From assembly GCA_963712745.1 (NCBI GenBank), contig CAVQJC010000020.1, positions 224,001 through 288,000 on the forward strand: 64,000 nt of DNA, read 5' to 3'. Position numbers and translations under genes: made by a program. A model generated the notes under the pieces. That model had not been told where the DNA came from. It saw nothing but the letters and a program-made list of their open reading frames with translations, and ran no database searches. Shown one piece after another: positions 48,526 to 61,870 of this stretch. The first letter of the stretch is position 1. The number at the start of each line of letters is the position of its first letter. The DNA is from an uncultured Chloroflexia bacterium (GTDB lineage: Bacteria > Chloroflexota > Limnocylindria > Limnocylindrales > CSP1-4).

Positions 48526-50124
48526 CTATCCATAGGAGATGACGAAGAGGTCGTAGATGTCGAGCTGCTCGGCCTCGCTCGCGAAGCGGATGAGGACCTG
48601 CGCGCCGTGGTGCGGCAGCGGCTCGATCTCCACGACCCCGGCCACGGCCGCCGAGGCCGGCACCTTCATCAGCACCGGGTCGCCCTCATCGCCCTCGCGC
48701 CGGACGACCGAGGCCTCGATACGGACCCTGGCCGCCGCATCGACGAGGAAGGCCAGCGTGTAGCAGCGCAACGCCTCCTCTGCCGGTAGGGGCAACACCA
48801 GCTCGGCCGCACCCTCGCTCAACAGCAGCGCCGCCGGTCCGCTGCCGGGCACGGCCAGCGTACCCAGCGAGGCCATCACGGGCGGCTCGTCCGCCGACCA
48901 CAGCGAGGTCTCGACACGGCCGCCGAGATGCTCCACGAGAGCGCCCGTGTGGGGCGAGGCGGAGAAGGCACCGCGTTCGGGGCTGAAGTCGTCGGCCGCG
49001 ATATCGGAGATGAGCCCCACTCCGGGGTAGCGGTTCTTCAGGCGCACGGTCGCGAACCGCTTGGGTTCATCGAGGCCGGCCGCGAAGTTGGCCACGGCGT
49101 ACTCGCCGAAGCGGAAGAGGTTGTTCGGTCGCGGGAAATACTCGATGCCCAGCTGGCTGCCGTAGTTGTATGGCCGCGGGTCGAGCTGGCGCAGCCGGTC
49201 CATCGTGGCCTGTGTCCGGGCGGTGAAACGCTGGGCCGTGATGTCGGTGGCGATGGTGGGCAGGTCCCAGGGCACGGCCGGGCGGGCGGGACGGCCGGTC
49301 GCGGAGCCGCGGAAGCGCTTGGCCTCGAACTCCTCGAACGAGCGCGTGTAGTAGTGGTTGAGCTGGGCCAGCCCGCGCACCTCCACCTCGGCCGTCTCGG
49401 TCGGCTGGCCCGGCTCGGGCAGGTCGGCGGCGAAGGCGAGGTGGACACCCACCGCCGAGACCGCAGCCGGCTGCACGATCGACTTGACCCGCGGCGGCAT
49501 GTCCAGATCCAGGTCGAGCACGTTGGCCACCTGCGCGTAGGCCTCGATGGTCAGCGCCCCGGGTGGCCTGCGGTGGCCGGAGTAGCCGAACTCCAGGCGC
49601 GGGATGCGCACGGTGGCCTTGTCCCTGAAGCGCTCGAGGAACGTGGGGATGTCGTCGTCCACGAGGGGCACAAGGAATTCGTCGGGATCGTAGAAGGCCA
49701 TCCAGCGCGAGGTCGTCCCGAACATCCGCAACGAGTGGTTGTAGGCCGACAGCTGACCCGCGCGCATGGGCCAGTCGATGCAGGTCACGAGGCCGTGGTT
49801 GATGAAGCGCTCGAGCAGCCCGGGTGTCTCGTCCGTGCTGCCGTTGTCGTAGATGAGGAAGTGGTCCACGCCCAGCGCGATGTGATAGGCCAGCCACTCC
49901 TCCAGGTAGTCCGCCTCGTCCTTGACGATGGCCACGAGCACCACCCCGAAACCCTCGCCGGACAGCAACGGACCACGGCCGACCACGTTCGGTGGCTTGG
50001 CCCGGCGCATCTTGCCCAGCGTCGGGCCCGAGGCGGCGGGGGCCCCGCCAGGGGGCGTTCCGGGCGACCGGGCACCGACCGCGTGGCCGATGCGGCGGCG
50101 CCAACTGCGCGCCTGCTCAGCCAT
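48526..50124 (-). CDS. GT92/GT2-like glycosyltransferase plus unknown C-terminal domain (copy 2)
   Basis: AIVKDE, EWLAYH..LGVDHFLIYDNGSTD, DPDEF, NHYYTRS. Confidence 0.85.
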   Translation of the reverse strand: MAEQARSWRRRIGHAVGARSPGTPPGGAPAASGPTLGKMRRAKPPNVVGRGPLLSGEGFGVVLVAIVKDEADYLEEWLAYHIALGVDHFLIYDNGSTDETPGLLERFINHGLVTCIDWPMRAGQLSAYNHSLRMFGTTSRWMAFYDPDEFLVPLVDDDIPTFLERFRDKATVRIPRLEFGYSGHRRPPGALTIEAYAQVANVLDLDLDMPPRVKSIVQPAAVSAVGVHLAFAADLPEPGQPTETAEVEVRGLAQLNHYYTRSFEEFEAKRFRGSATGRPARPAVPWDLPTIATDITAQRFTARTQATMDRLRQLDPRPYNYGSQLGIEYFPRPNNLFRFGEYAVANFAAGLDEPKRFATVRLKNRYPGVGLISDIAADDFSPERGAFSASPHTGALVEHLGGRVETSLWSADEPPVMASLGTLAVPGSGPAALLLSEGAAELVLPLPAEEALRCYTLAFLVDAAARVRIEASVVRREGDEGDPVLMKVPASAAVAGVVEIEPLPHHGAQVLIRFASEAEQLDIYDLFVISYG

Positions 50125-51617
50125 AGGAGATCACGAAGAGGTCCTTGACGCCCACCTCGCCATCGCCCGACGAGAGCCGGACCGAGACGCGCGCGACGAG
50201 TTCGGGCGCAGGCGTCGAGCTCCACCACGCCAGCATACGTGTTGCCGGTCTCGAGCTTCAGGACCACCGGCTCGCTCTGGCTCTGGTCGGTCCGGCTCGA
50301 CGTCACCTCCAGGCGCGTGGGTGAGGACGTGTCCACGACGAAGCCCAACGCATGCACGCGCCGCTCGCCGGCCGGGTCGAGATCGATATGGACGACGCCC
50401 TCGTCGATGTGCCCGTCCGTGAGCGTGGCCAGCAGCCGTCCGCGGGCCCGCTGGAGCAGCGGCTCGAGGTGGATGGAACCCGACAGCTCGTTCTCGCGGG
50501 CCTCGTGGCCGTGGCCGCTGATGACGCCTACGAAGCCGATGCCACCGTACTCGTTGGGGATGCGCAGGCGTGGCTCGCGCCGAGGCGCCGGTTCCTCGGC
50601 GACGGTGTTGGCGACCGCGAACTCGGTGAACAGACCGAGGTCGTTGAAACGCGGGAACTGTTCGAGCCGGAGCTGGCTGCCGTAGCGGTATGGGCTCGCG
50701 GCCAGGCTGCCGATGTACTCCATCATCTCCCGCGTGCGCCCGGCGAAGCGGGTGGCACTGGTGTCCGTGCGCAGCGCCGGCAGGTCGAAGGAGATGGCCG
50801 GGCGATCGATACGGCCGGTGCCCGAGCCCCGCACGCGCTTGGCCTCGAACTCCTCGAACGAGCGCGTGTAGTAATGGTTGAGCTGGACGAAGTCCCAGCA
50901 GGCTCTGCCCACGGTCCGGCTGGGCACCGCCTTGCCATCGGGCCCGCGCGGGTCGTCGGCGACGGTGGCGGTGTGGATGCCCACCGCCGAGATGGCGGCT
51001 GGCTGCAGGATGGTCTTGACGCGCGGCGGCTTGGCCGGGTCACGGCGAAAGACGTCGGCGACCTCGGTGTAGGCCTCCACGGTCAGGGCATCGGGTGGCG
51101 TGCGGTGTCCACTGAAGCCGAAGTCGACCCGGGGGATGCGCACGTCGGCGGCATCACCGAAACGAGCCAGGACCGAGGGGATATCGTCGTCGACGAGCGG
51201 GACCACGAATTCATCCACATCGAAGAAGGCCAGCCACGAGAACGACGCACCGTAGAAGCGCAGGGCGTGGGAGTAGGCGTCGATCTGCCCCCCGGGCAGG
51301 GGCCAGTGGACCAGTGTCACCAGACCGTGGTTGACCCACGGCTCGATGACCTCGTGCAGTCCGTCGGTGCTGCCGTTGTCGTAGATGAAGAAGTGGCCGA
51401 CGCCGAGCGCGTGATGGTACGCCAGCCACTCGGCCAGGTACGGCGCCTCGTCGCGGACGATGACCACGACGCCGAGCCCGAGGCCCGGCGTCGACAGCAG
51501 CGGGCCCTTGCCGGCGACGTTCGGCGGGGTGGCGCGGTGGCGCTTGCGTGAGGACGGCGCCGGCGCCCCCGAGTCACCTCGGAGGCGTTGCATCGCACCG
51601 CGTGTTCGTCCCAGCAT
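50117..51617 (-). CDS. GT92/GT2-like glycosyltransferase plus unknown C-terminal domain (copy 1; frameshift near 50200)
   Basis: IVRDE, EWLAYHH.LGV.HFFIYDNGSTD, DVDEF, NHYYTRS. The shifted frame ends DLFVISYG-TGA (stop at 50117-50119), as in copy 2. Confidence 0.82.
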
Positions 51618-51650
51618 GGGTTGTGTCGAGCGGCACCGATCCCGCCCGGA

Positions 51651-53579
<1,929 letters not shown>

Positions 53580-53608
53580 GAGTTGTCGCTCCTTGTTGAG
53601 TCCTGATG

Positions 53609-54277
53609 TCAGTCGTCGTTGTTGATGTCGTGGTCGCTGATCTCGTCGTCATCGATGTCGTCGTTGCGGGCGACCGCCACGAGCGCCGGTCGCAGCACGC
53701 GATCGCGAATGGTGAACCCGCGCTGCAGGATCTTGATGACGGTGCCATCAGGCACGTCCTCGGTGTCCTCGTAGCTGATGGCCTGCTGCGTCTGGGGGTC
53801 GAAGGGCTCCCCTTCCCCTCCCATGGCTTCGATGCCCTCGGCCTCGAGCAGGCCGCGCAGCTTGCGATCGATGGCCGCGATGCCCTCCACCCAGGGGCTG
53901 CCCTTGGCCTCCTCGGGCACATGCTCGACCGCAAGGTCGAAGTCGTCGGCCAGATCGAGCACGCGGATCATCAGCCGGTCGCTAGCCTGACCGGCCAGTT
54001 CGGCACTCGCCTCCTCCGACCGGCGCTTGAGGTTGGCGTAGTCGGCGCGCGCGCGCTGCCAGCCGGCTTCGGCCTGGGCTGCCCGTTGCTCGGCGGCCTC
54101 CAGCTCGGCGCTGAGCTGCTCCACCTCCGCGCGCAGCGAGGCGCCGCTCGTGTCGAGCGCGGCGATACGCTCCTCGGCCCTGGTGCCGCCGCGCTTGGCG
54201 GCGCTGGCCGTGGTCTGCTCAGCCTGTTCGGGATCGTCCTTGGCGCCAGCGGCGCCGTTCGTCTTCTTGTCGTTCAT
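53609..54277 (-). CDS. grpE: nucleotide exchange factor GrpE
   Basis: [22 protein letters not shown]....[11 protein letters not shown]. Confidence 0.95.
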   Translation of the reverse strand: MNDKKTNGAAGAKDDPEQAEQTTASAAKRGGTRAEERIAALDTSGASLRAEVEQLSAELEAAEQRAAQAEAGWQRARADYANLKRRSEEASAELAGQASDRLMIRVLDLADDFDLAVEHVPEEAKGSPWVEGIAAIDRKLRGLLEAEGIEAMGGEGEPFDPQTQQAISYEDTEDVPDGTVIKILQRGFTIRDRVLRPALVAVARNDDIDDDEISDHDINNDD

Positions 54278-55338
54278 GCGTACAGGTGGTCCACCAATTC
54301 GTTCATGAGTCCGCGCACATAGCGCACCGTAGAGATGGCATGGGGATAGGCCATGCGGGTCGGGCCGACCACGCCGACCACGCCGATGGCGCGGTCGGAA
54401 CGGCCGTACGAGGCAACCACGAGCGAGACATCGCTCATCTCCTCGTGTTCGTTCTCGCTGCCGATGAAGACACGCACGTCGTCGGAGGCGGAGAGCTTCT
54501 GGACGAGGTCGCCGAGGTAGGCACGGTCCTGCAGCACGTTGAACACGCGGCGCAGGCGCTCGGAGCGCTCGAACTCAGGCTCCTTCATGACGTTGAGCAG
54601 GCCCTCGCTGAAGACCTCCTCCACGGCCGCGGCATCGAACTCGTGCATCACCCTGGCCACGCGTTCGACGGCCTGCGTGAAGAGTGGGTCGACCGATCCG
54701 GGTCGCTCCCGCAGCGTATCCAGGACCGCGTCGACTTCTGGCGTCGTCTTGGCCCGCAGCACACGATCCACACCGCGGGCGATGTCATCGAGCTCCGAGC
54801 CGCGGTACTCGCGATCGAGGTTGAGCAGCACCTGCTTGACCGGGCCGTCGGCCATGACCAGCAACAGGCTGGCCGAGCGCTCGGCGGTGGGCACGATGTC
54901 GATGCGCCGGATGCGACAGGCGCTGGGCTTGATAGGCGTAGCGATGGCCGCCGCGTGGGTGGCGCTCGCGAGCGTGGACGCCGCCAGGCGGAACCACTGC
55001 TCGTTGGCGAACTCCACCTGTCCGAACTGGTGGCGGATCATCAGCTGCTCGACGGGCGCGAGGCTGACCTGGTCGGAGATGGATTCGACGTACAGGCGAT
55101 AGCCACGGTCGGTGGGCACTCGGCCGGCGCTGGTATGGGGATGGCCCAGCAGCTCAGCGGTCTCGAGCTCGGCCATGATGTTGCGCACGGTGGCAGGGCT
55201 GATGGACAGCGCGTACTTGTCCACCAACGCCACACTACCCACCGGCTGCGCGGTGGCCACGTACTCTTCGATGATCGCCCGCAGGATGGCCGCGGAACGG
55301 TCCTCCAGCGGCCCGGGGCGCACTTTTCGCCTCGCCAA
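54274..55338 (-). CDS. hrcA: heat-inducible repressor HrcA
   Basis: ILRAIIEEY...AQPVGS, SPATVRN.MAELE, HTSAGRVPT..GYR, GVVGPTRM.Y; TTG start after GAGAGGA. Confidence 0.96.
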   Translation of the reverse strand: MARRKVRPGPLEDRSAAILRAIIEEYVATAQPVGSVALVDKYALSISPATVRNIMAELETAELLGHPHTSAGRVPTDRGYRLYVESISDQVSLAPVEQLMIRHQFGQVEFANEQWFRLAASTLASATHAAAIATPIKPSACRIRRIDIVPTAERSASLLLVMADGPVKQVLLNLDREYRGSELDDIARGVDRVLRAKTTPEVDAVLDTLRERPGSVDPLFTQAVERVARVMHEFDAAAVEEVFSEGLLNVMKEPEFERSERLRRVFNVLQDRAYLGDLVQKLSASDDVRVFIGSENEHEEMSDVSLVVASYGRSDRAIGVVGVVGPTRMAYPHAISTVRYVRGLMNELVDHLYA

Positions 55339-55376
55339 TCGGTCCTCTCGGTCAGTGCTTGCATAGCTCGCTTGGG

Positions 55377-55403
55377 TTAGCACTCTCATAGTAGGAGTGC
55401 TAA
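55377..55403. promoter_or_regulatory. CIRCE operator
   Basis: Perfect TTAGCACTC-N9-GAGTGCTAA. Confidence 0.97.
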
Positions 55404-55416
55404 CTTCACGGCCATT

Positions 55417-55446
55417 ATCGTATCAGTCACCGACTACGAGTGTCAA
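55417..55446 (-). promoter_or_regulatory. hrcA operon promoter overlapped by a second, degenerate CIRCE
   Basis: TTGACA-N18-TACGAT with an extended -10 TG; the same bases read TTGACACTC-N9-GACTGATAC. Confidence 0.7.
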
Positions 55447-55493
55447 CGTGCCGAAGGGACCGGGTACGCCTCGCTACGCGGCCACGTCGAGCG

Positions 55494-56702
55494 CTACCAG
55501 CTCTGGGCTTCGCCCCCGACGCGGTCGGCAGCGCGTTGCTCGTCCTCACCGCTCTCGAGATAGGCGTTGAAGGGGTCGGCCGGCAGGCCCCGCTCGACCC
55601 GCAGCTCGCCCAGCGGACCACGGACATCGGTGAAGAAGGCACTCCAGAGCAGGTTGTTGGCCTTGAGGACATCACCGCGCCGCTGCGCCAGGAGGAGTGC
55701 CTCGCGATCGACCAGCAGCGCCTTGGCAAACAACTCCTGCAGGGTCTGCACCGAGCGGATGACGGCCGGCACCTTGGCCTCGATGTTGTGGCACTGGTCG
55801 AGCATGTAGACCGTCTCGTTGGCCGTCTTCTGGGCCACCGGGTCGTCGTCATCGCGCATGGCATTGATGAGTTCGTGGGTGATGCGGAACATCTGGTATG
55901 GGTCGATGGAGCCGACCATGAGATCGTCGTCCCCGTACTTCTTGTCGTTGAGGTCGAAGGCGCCGAGCTTGCCCTCCGCCAGGAGCAGGGCCACGATCTG
56001 CTCGATGTTGACGCCGAGGCTGTGGTGGCCGGTATCGACACACACGACGCAGCGCTCGCCGACCGCGTTGCAGACGGCCATCGACTGGCCCCAGTCCTGC
56101 ACGTCGGTGGAGTAGAAGGCAGGTTCGAAGATCTTGTACTCGAGGAGCATGCGAGCGCCCTCGGGCAGCCAGGCGTAGGCCTTCTGCAGGCCCTCGACGA
56201 GCCGGTGACGGCGCCAGCGAAGGTCATCCTGTCCCGGGTAGTTCGTGCCGTCACCGAGCCAGACCTTGACCGCGGGTGCACCCATCTCGTCGGCGATCTG
56301 GCAGCACTCCTTGAGCGCCGTGAGAGCCTTCTCGCGAACCACCGCGTCGGGATGGCACATCGAGCCGAGCATGTAGTCGGCATCCTGGAAGGTGTTGAGG
56401 TTGATGCCGCCGACGCCGAGGTCCTTGGCGTTCATGTACTCGAGCAGCCCGGTGTAGTCGTCGGTCTTGTCCCAGGGGATGTGCAGGGCCACGGTGCGGG
56501 CGATGCCCGTATAGCGGTGCACGGTGCCAGCGTCGTCGATGCGTTCCTCGACGTTGCGCGGCGTGCCGGGGTGCTGCCACACCTTGAAGCGGGTGCCGGT
56601 GTTGAGGAAGGCCCACGATGGGAGCTCGATCTTCAGGCCATCAACGGCCCACAGCAGCTTCTCCTGGATCGAGCTGGCGCTCGGGTCGACGGTGGCAGTC
56701 AT
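55494..56702 (-). CDS. rhaI: L-rhamnose isomerase (RhaI type, xylose isomerase-like barrel)
   Basis: IELPSW...TGTRF, ALHIPWD, WLGDG.NYPGQ, EYK.FEP.FY.TD..DWG, DTGHH, YGDDDL, DQCHNIE. Confidence 0.9.
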   Translation of the reverse strand: MTATVDPSASSIQEKLLWAVDGLKIELPSWAFLNTGTRFKVWQHPGTPRNVEERIDDAGTVHRYTGIARTVALHIPWDKTDDYTGLLEYMNAKDLGVGGINLNTFQDADYMLGSMCHPDAVVREKALTALKECCQIADEMGAPAVKVWLGDGTNYPGQDDLRWRRHRLVEGLQKAYAWLPEGARMLLEYKIFEPAFYSTDVQDWGQSMAVCNAVGERCVVCVDTGHHSLGVNIEQIVALLLAEGKLGAFDLNDKKYGDDDLMVGSIDPYQMFRITHELINAMRDDDDPVAQKTANETVYMLDQCHNIEAKVPAVIRSVQTLQELFAKALLVDREALLLAQRRGDVLKANNLLWSAFFTDVRGPLGELRVERGLPADPFNAYLESGEDEQRAADRVGGEAQSW

Positions 56703-56922
56703 CGTGGCAACTCCTCGTGTACGCGCGCGGTTGGCCGTCTGGTGTTCGTTCGCGGCCGGACGATGCACCGCGGACATGGCCATCGTAGTCCGCGGCGCGA
56801 CAGGATCCACGGTCCACCCGGCACGCCCGCCGGGCCCGTTTGACATGTGGAGGAGCCTGGCCCGCGGGGGCTGGTGAGCCCGACGGCCTGGGGGTGCCTA
56901 CGTCCGCGCGACGACCGCGCGC

Positions 56923-57744
56923 CTACCGGGCGGTCTCGAAGTTCTCGTACAGGTAGCGCCGAGGAACCTGGCCGCTGGCATGAATCTTGGCCGCCAGGTC
57001 GCGGCCGAAGTAGCGCCAGTGCCACGGCTCGTAGCTGTAGCACGAGGCATGCGTCTTGCCCTTGGGATAGGACATGATGAAGCCGAACTTCCAGCCCTTG
57101 CGAGCCAGCCACTTGCCTGCGGGCGAATCACCGAACTTCGTCGTGAGTGGCACTCCGGGAGCGGTGGTGAAGTCGATGGTCGTGCCCAGCTGGTGCTCCG
57201 AGTGCCCCGGGCGGGCCGAGAACTTGACGGCCTGCGACCAGCCATGCGTACGCACGTACGAATTGAAGAGCGCCTTCTGGTAGTCGTAGCTGCGATGCGC
57301 CGAACGCACCGCGAGCGGCTTGCCGGCCTTGCGGGCAGCAGAGGCCAGCGCCTTCAGGTCGGCGATCATGATCCTGCGCACCTTGCCCGACCCGGCGATC
57401 TTGGCATTCCTGACCGACACCAGGTCCTGCGGGTCGTAGCTGCGCCTGATCTTGAGATTGGTGTCGAGCAACGTCTTCTTCCATTGCCTGACCGAGCGGT
57501 AGCGCGTCAGCTTGTCATCGATGCCGCAGGCCGGCAGGCGCACCTTGGCCGGCACCACCTCCGCTGCCGCCAGGCCGCTCGGCGACGCATCCGGCGCCAG
57601 CGCGGCGAGCGCGAAGTCCAGGCTGGGCGGGGCGATGGGCGTCGGCTCGGGCAGCTCAGCAGCGACGGCGGGCACGCTGGAACCCAGCAACAGGGCCACC
57701 GACAAGACGACGGCCACGACCGGGCGGAGGTTCAGGGCTGGCAT
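56923..57744 (-). CDS. VanY-like D-Ala-D-Ala carboxypeptidase (M15B), exported
   Basis: Signal peptide; SAHRS, ARPGHSEHQLG..ID, EPWHWRY. Confidence 0.9.
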   Translation of the reverse strand: MPALNLRPVVAVVLSVALLLGSSVPAVAAELPEPTPIAPPSLDFALAALAPDASPSGLAAAEVVPAKVRLPACGIDDKLTRYRSVRQWKKTLLDTNLKIRRSYDPQDLVSVRNAKIAGSGKVRRIMIADLKALASAARKAGKPLAVRSAHRSYDYQKALFNSYVRTHGWSQAVKFSARPGHSEHQLGTTIDFTTAPGVPLTTKFGDSPAGKWLARKGWKFGFIMSYPKGKTHASCYSYEPWHWRYFGRDLAAKIHASGQVPRRYLYENFETAR

Positions 57745-57754
57745 GCGCGCCATC

Positions 57755-59134
57755 CTACCGCGGTGCCCCCGAGGCCGCCGATGTGGACGAGGACGGCAGC
57801 AAACGGGCAAAGACCTCGTTTGCGAGCAGGCGCCCCTGCGGCGTCAGGCGTGTGCGGCCAGCGGCGTCCTCGGCCAGATGATGCCATCGGGCCCAGGCCA
57901 GTCCGGGCGCCAGCGCCGGCTCGTCCGCCAGGGCTGCCTCGATGCCCTCGCGCAAGCGCAGGCCGAGGATGGCGCGTTCCGCCGTAGCCGTGGCCAGGTC
58001 GACCTCCTCGTGGCCACCCGGCGGCAGACGGCCCGCCTCCAGCGCGGTGATGTAGCCATCGAGTCGCGCCGCGTTCCAGGTCCGCCGCAGGGCGCCGTCA
58101 GAAGCGTGCGCGCCCGGGCCCAGCGCGAGGTACGGGCGCCGGCGCCAGTAGAGCAGGTTGTGGCGGCTCTCCTTGCCAGGCCGGGCCAGATTCGCCACCT
58201 CGTAGCGACGCAATCCGACCGCCTCGGCCAGCTCGTCGGCGAGCAGTTCCATGGCCGCCGCCCGTTCCTGCGACTGCTCGGCGCGGGCTTTCTCACGCCA
58301 GGTCCGTGCTCCGCGAGTGACCGGCAGGTGGTCGCCCTCTGGGCCGGTCAGACCCTCAGCCTCGGGATCGTCGAGGGTGAGCGTGTAGACCGAGAGGTGG
58401 TCCGACTCGAGGGCCAGCGCCGCCTCGAGCGTGGTGCGCCAGGACGCGACCGACTGCCCCGGGACGTCGGTCAGCAGGTCCAGGTTCACCGACTCGATGC
58501 CGGCGGCCCGGGCGGCCGCGACCCCGCCGGTCACGTCGGCGGCCCGGTGGCGACGACCCAGCCGCCGCAGCTCGTCATCGGCCATCGACTGCGCCCCCAC
58601 CGAGAGCCGGTTCACGCCGGCCGCACGGAAGCCCGCCAGGTCGCCGATCTCGTAGGCTCCTGGATTGGCCTCGAGGGTGATCTCCGCGGTGGCCGCGATG
58701 CCCAGCTGCCGGTCGACTGCGCCGAGTAGCATCCCGACCTGGCCGGCGCTCAGGAGCGTAGGTGTGCCCCCGCCCAGGTAGACGCTGGCCAACGGCGCCC
58801 GAGCGCTCCCGAAGAGACCGTTGATGCCTGCTGCCCGAAGCTCGAGTTCGCGGTGGATGGCCTCCAGCAGCGCCTCGATGCGGTTGCCCGGTCCGCGCGC
58901 CGCGGAACCGGCCACCACCACGAAATCGCAGTACGGGCAGAGCGAGACACAGAATGGGAAGTGCACGTACAGCCCCTCGGGCGAGAGCGGCTGCGGTGGA
59001 GGCGGCGCGGCATGGTCGGGCGCTGGGTTGTCGGGCGCTGCGCGGCCGGGCGCGGCGTTCGTGGCGGGGCCGGACCTAGCCGCGACGGGCGTCGTGCGGG
59101 CGGATGACGTAGGCGCCGCCGTCACCGGTACCAC
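57755..59134 (-). CDS. hemW: radical SAM heme chaperone HemW (true start probably near 59070)
   Basis: YVHFPFC..LCPYCDF, GGGTP, EANP, YEVAN, HN..YW; position between lepA and hrcA. Confidence 0.9.
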   Translation of the reverse strand: MVPVTAAPTSSARTTPVAARSGPATNAAPGRAAPDNPAPDHAAPPPPQPLSPEGLYVHFPFCVSLCPYCDFVVVAGSAARGPGNRIEALLEAIHRELELRAAGINGLFGSARAPLASVYLGGGTPTLLSAGQVGMLLGAVDRQLGIAATAEITLEANPGAYEIGDLAGFRAAGVNRLSVGAQSMADDELRRLGRRHRAADVTGGVAAARAAGIESVNLDLLTDVPGQSVASWRTTLEAALALESDHLSVYTLTLDDPEAEGLTGPEGDHLPVTRGARTWREKARAEQSQERAAAMELLADELAEAVGLRRYEVANLARPGKESRHNLLYWRRRPYLALGPGAHASDGALRRTWNAARLDGYITALEAGRLPPGGHEEVDLATATAERAILGLRLREGIEAALADEPALAPGLAWARWHHLAEDAAGRTRLTPQGRLLANEVFARLLPSSSTSAASGAPR

Positions 59135-59822
59135 CCCTCGGCGGGCTCACCTGCTCGATGGCCGCTCGCTCCGGCTGGCCCATGGTCATGAAGAGCGCGA
59201 AACGGGTGATGGCATGGCCCACGAAGGCGGCAGCGATGCCCGCTGTCGCCAGCACCAGCACGCCTGCCACGAGACCGATGGCCAGCCAGGCACCGAGCAC
59301 GAAGATGCCGCGGCTGCCGGTGCCGGCGCGGATGGTGAAGGCATAGATGAAGGCGCTGCTCACGACCGCCAGCCAGTCGGGCAAGCCCAACGCGAGAAGC
59401 AGGCCCAGGAATACGCCGCGGAACAGCCACTCGTCGAAGAAGGCCGTGCCCACCGCGGTCAGCACACCGCCCGGGTAGCGCCGGGGCACAGGGAAGCTGA
59501 CACGGCCGTTGCGCAGGATGGCCAGGATGAAGGCCCCGATGATGCCGGCTCCACCGAAGAGCAGGCCGTAGACCATGGCCTGGGCCCGGTCAGCACCGAG
59601 CGTGAGGTTCAGCTCGGAAACCGGCGACGGGTGAAAGGCGAACGTGAGCAGCGCCAGCGCCAGGCCCGCGGCATACCAGCTGATGCGGGCCACCCATACG
59701 CGCCACTCGCCGTCCTGGGTGTCCCATTCGGCCGCGCTGAAACGCTTGGCGTCGATGCGCAGCAGGAACATCATCGCGACGAATCCGATGAACAAGAGGT
59801 ACTGGAGCGGCTCAGGCAGCAA
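59076..59822 (-). CDS. CPBP/CAAX-protease-like membrane protein with degenerate motifs
   Basis: Multi-TM; FFDEWLFRG, GHAITR. Confidence 0.72.
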   Translation of the reverse strand: MLPEPLQYLLFIGFVAMMFLLRIDAKRFSAAEWDTQDGEWRVWVARISWYAAGLALALLTFAFHPSPVSELNLTLGADRAQAMVYGLLFGGAGIIGAFILAILRNGRVSFPVPRRYPGGVLTAVGTAFFDEWLFRGVFLGLLLALGLPDWLAVVSSAFIYAFTIRAGTGSRGIFVLGAWLAIGLVAGVLVLATAGIAAAFVGHAITRFALFMTMGQPERAAIEQVSPPRGGTGDGGAYVIRPHDARRG

Positions 59823-61640
<1,818 letters not shown>

Positions 61641-61870
61641 GGGACGGGGCGATTCTAGCAAGTGCCACGCGACGTAACGGCGGAGCTGTATCCAGAGCCC
61701 GAGCCGTGAGGGCTGCCGGGACGCAGCCAACGCGATCGCCACTGGCACGCACAGGCGTCCTGCGTTACCATCACCGTTCGCGCGTCCGTTGTCCGCGGCG
61801 TGGCACCCCGTGCTCGTCTACAGCGAACGCTGCCGCAGAGATCACCCAGAGCTGTTGAGGAAACATCACC

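Noticed and set aside
49785-50116. Long overlap between GT copy 1 and copy 2
   Set aside because: Caused by a frameshift near 50200; the correct frame stops at 50117 with the shared DLFVISYG ending.
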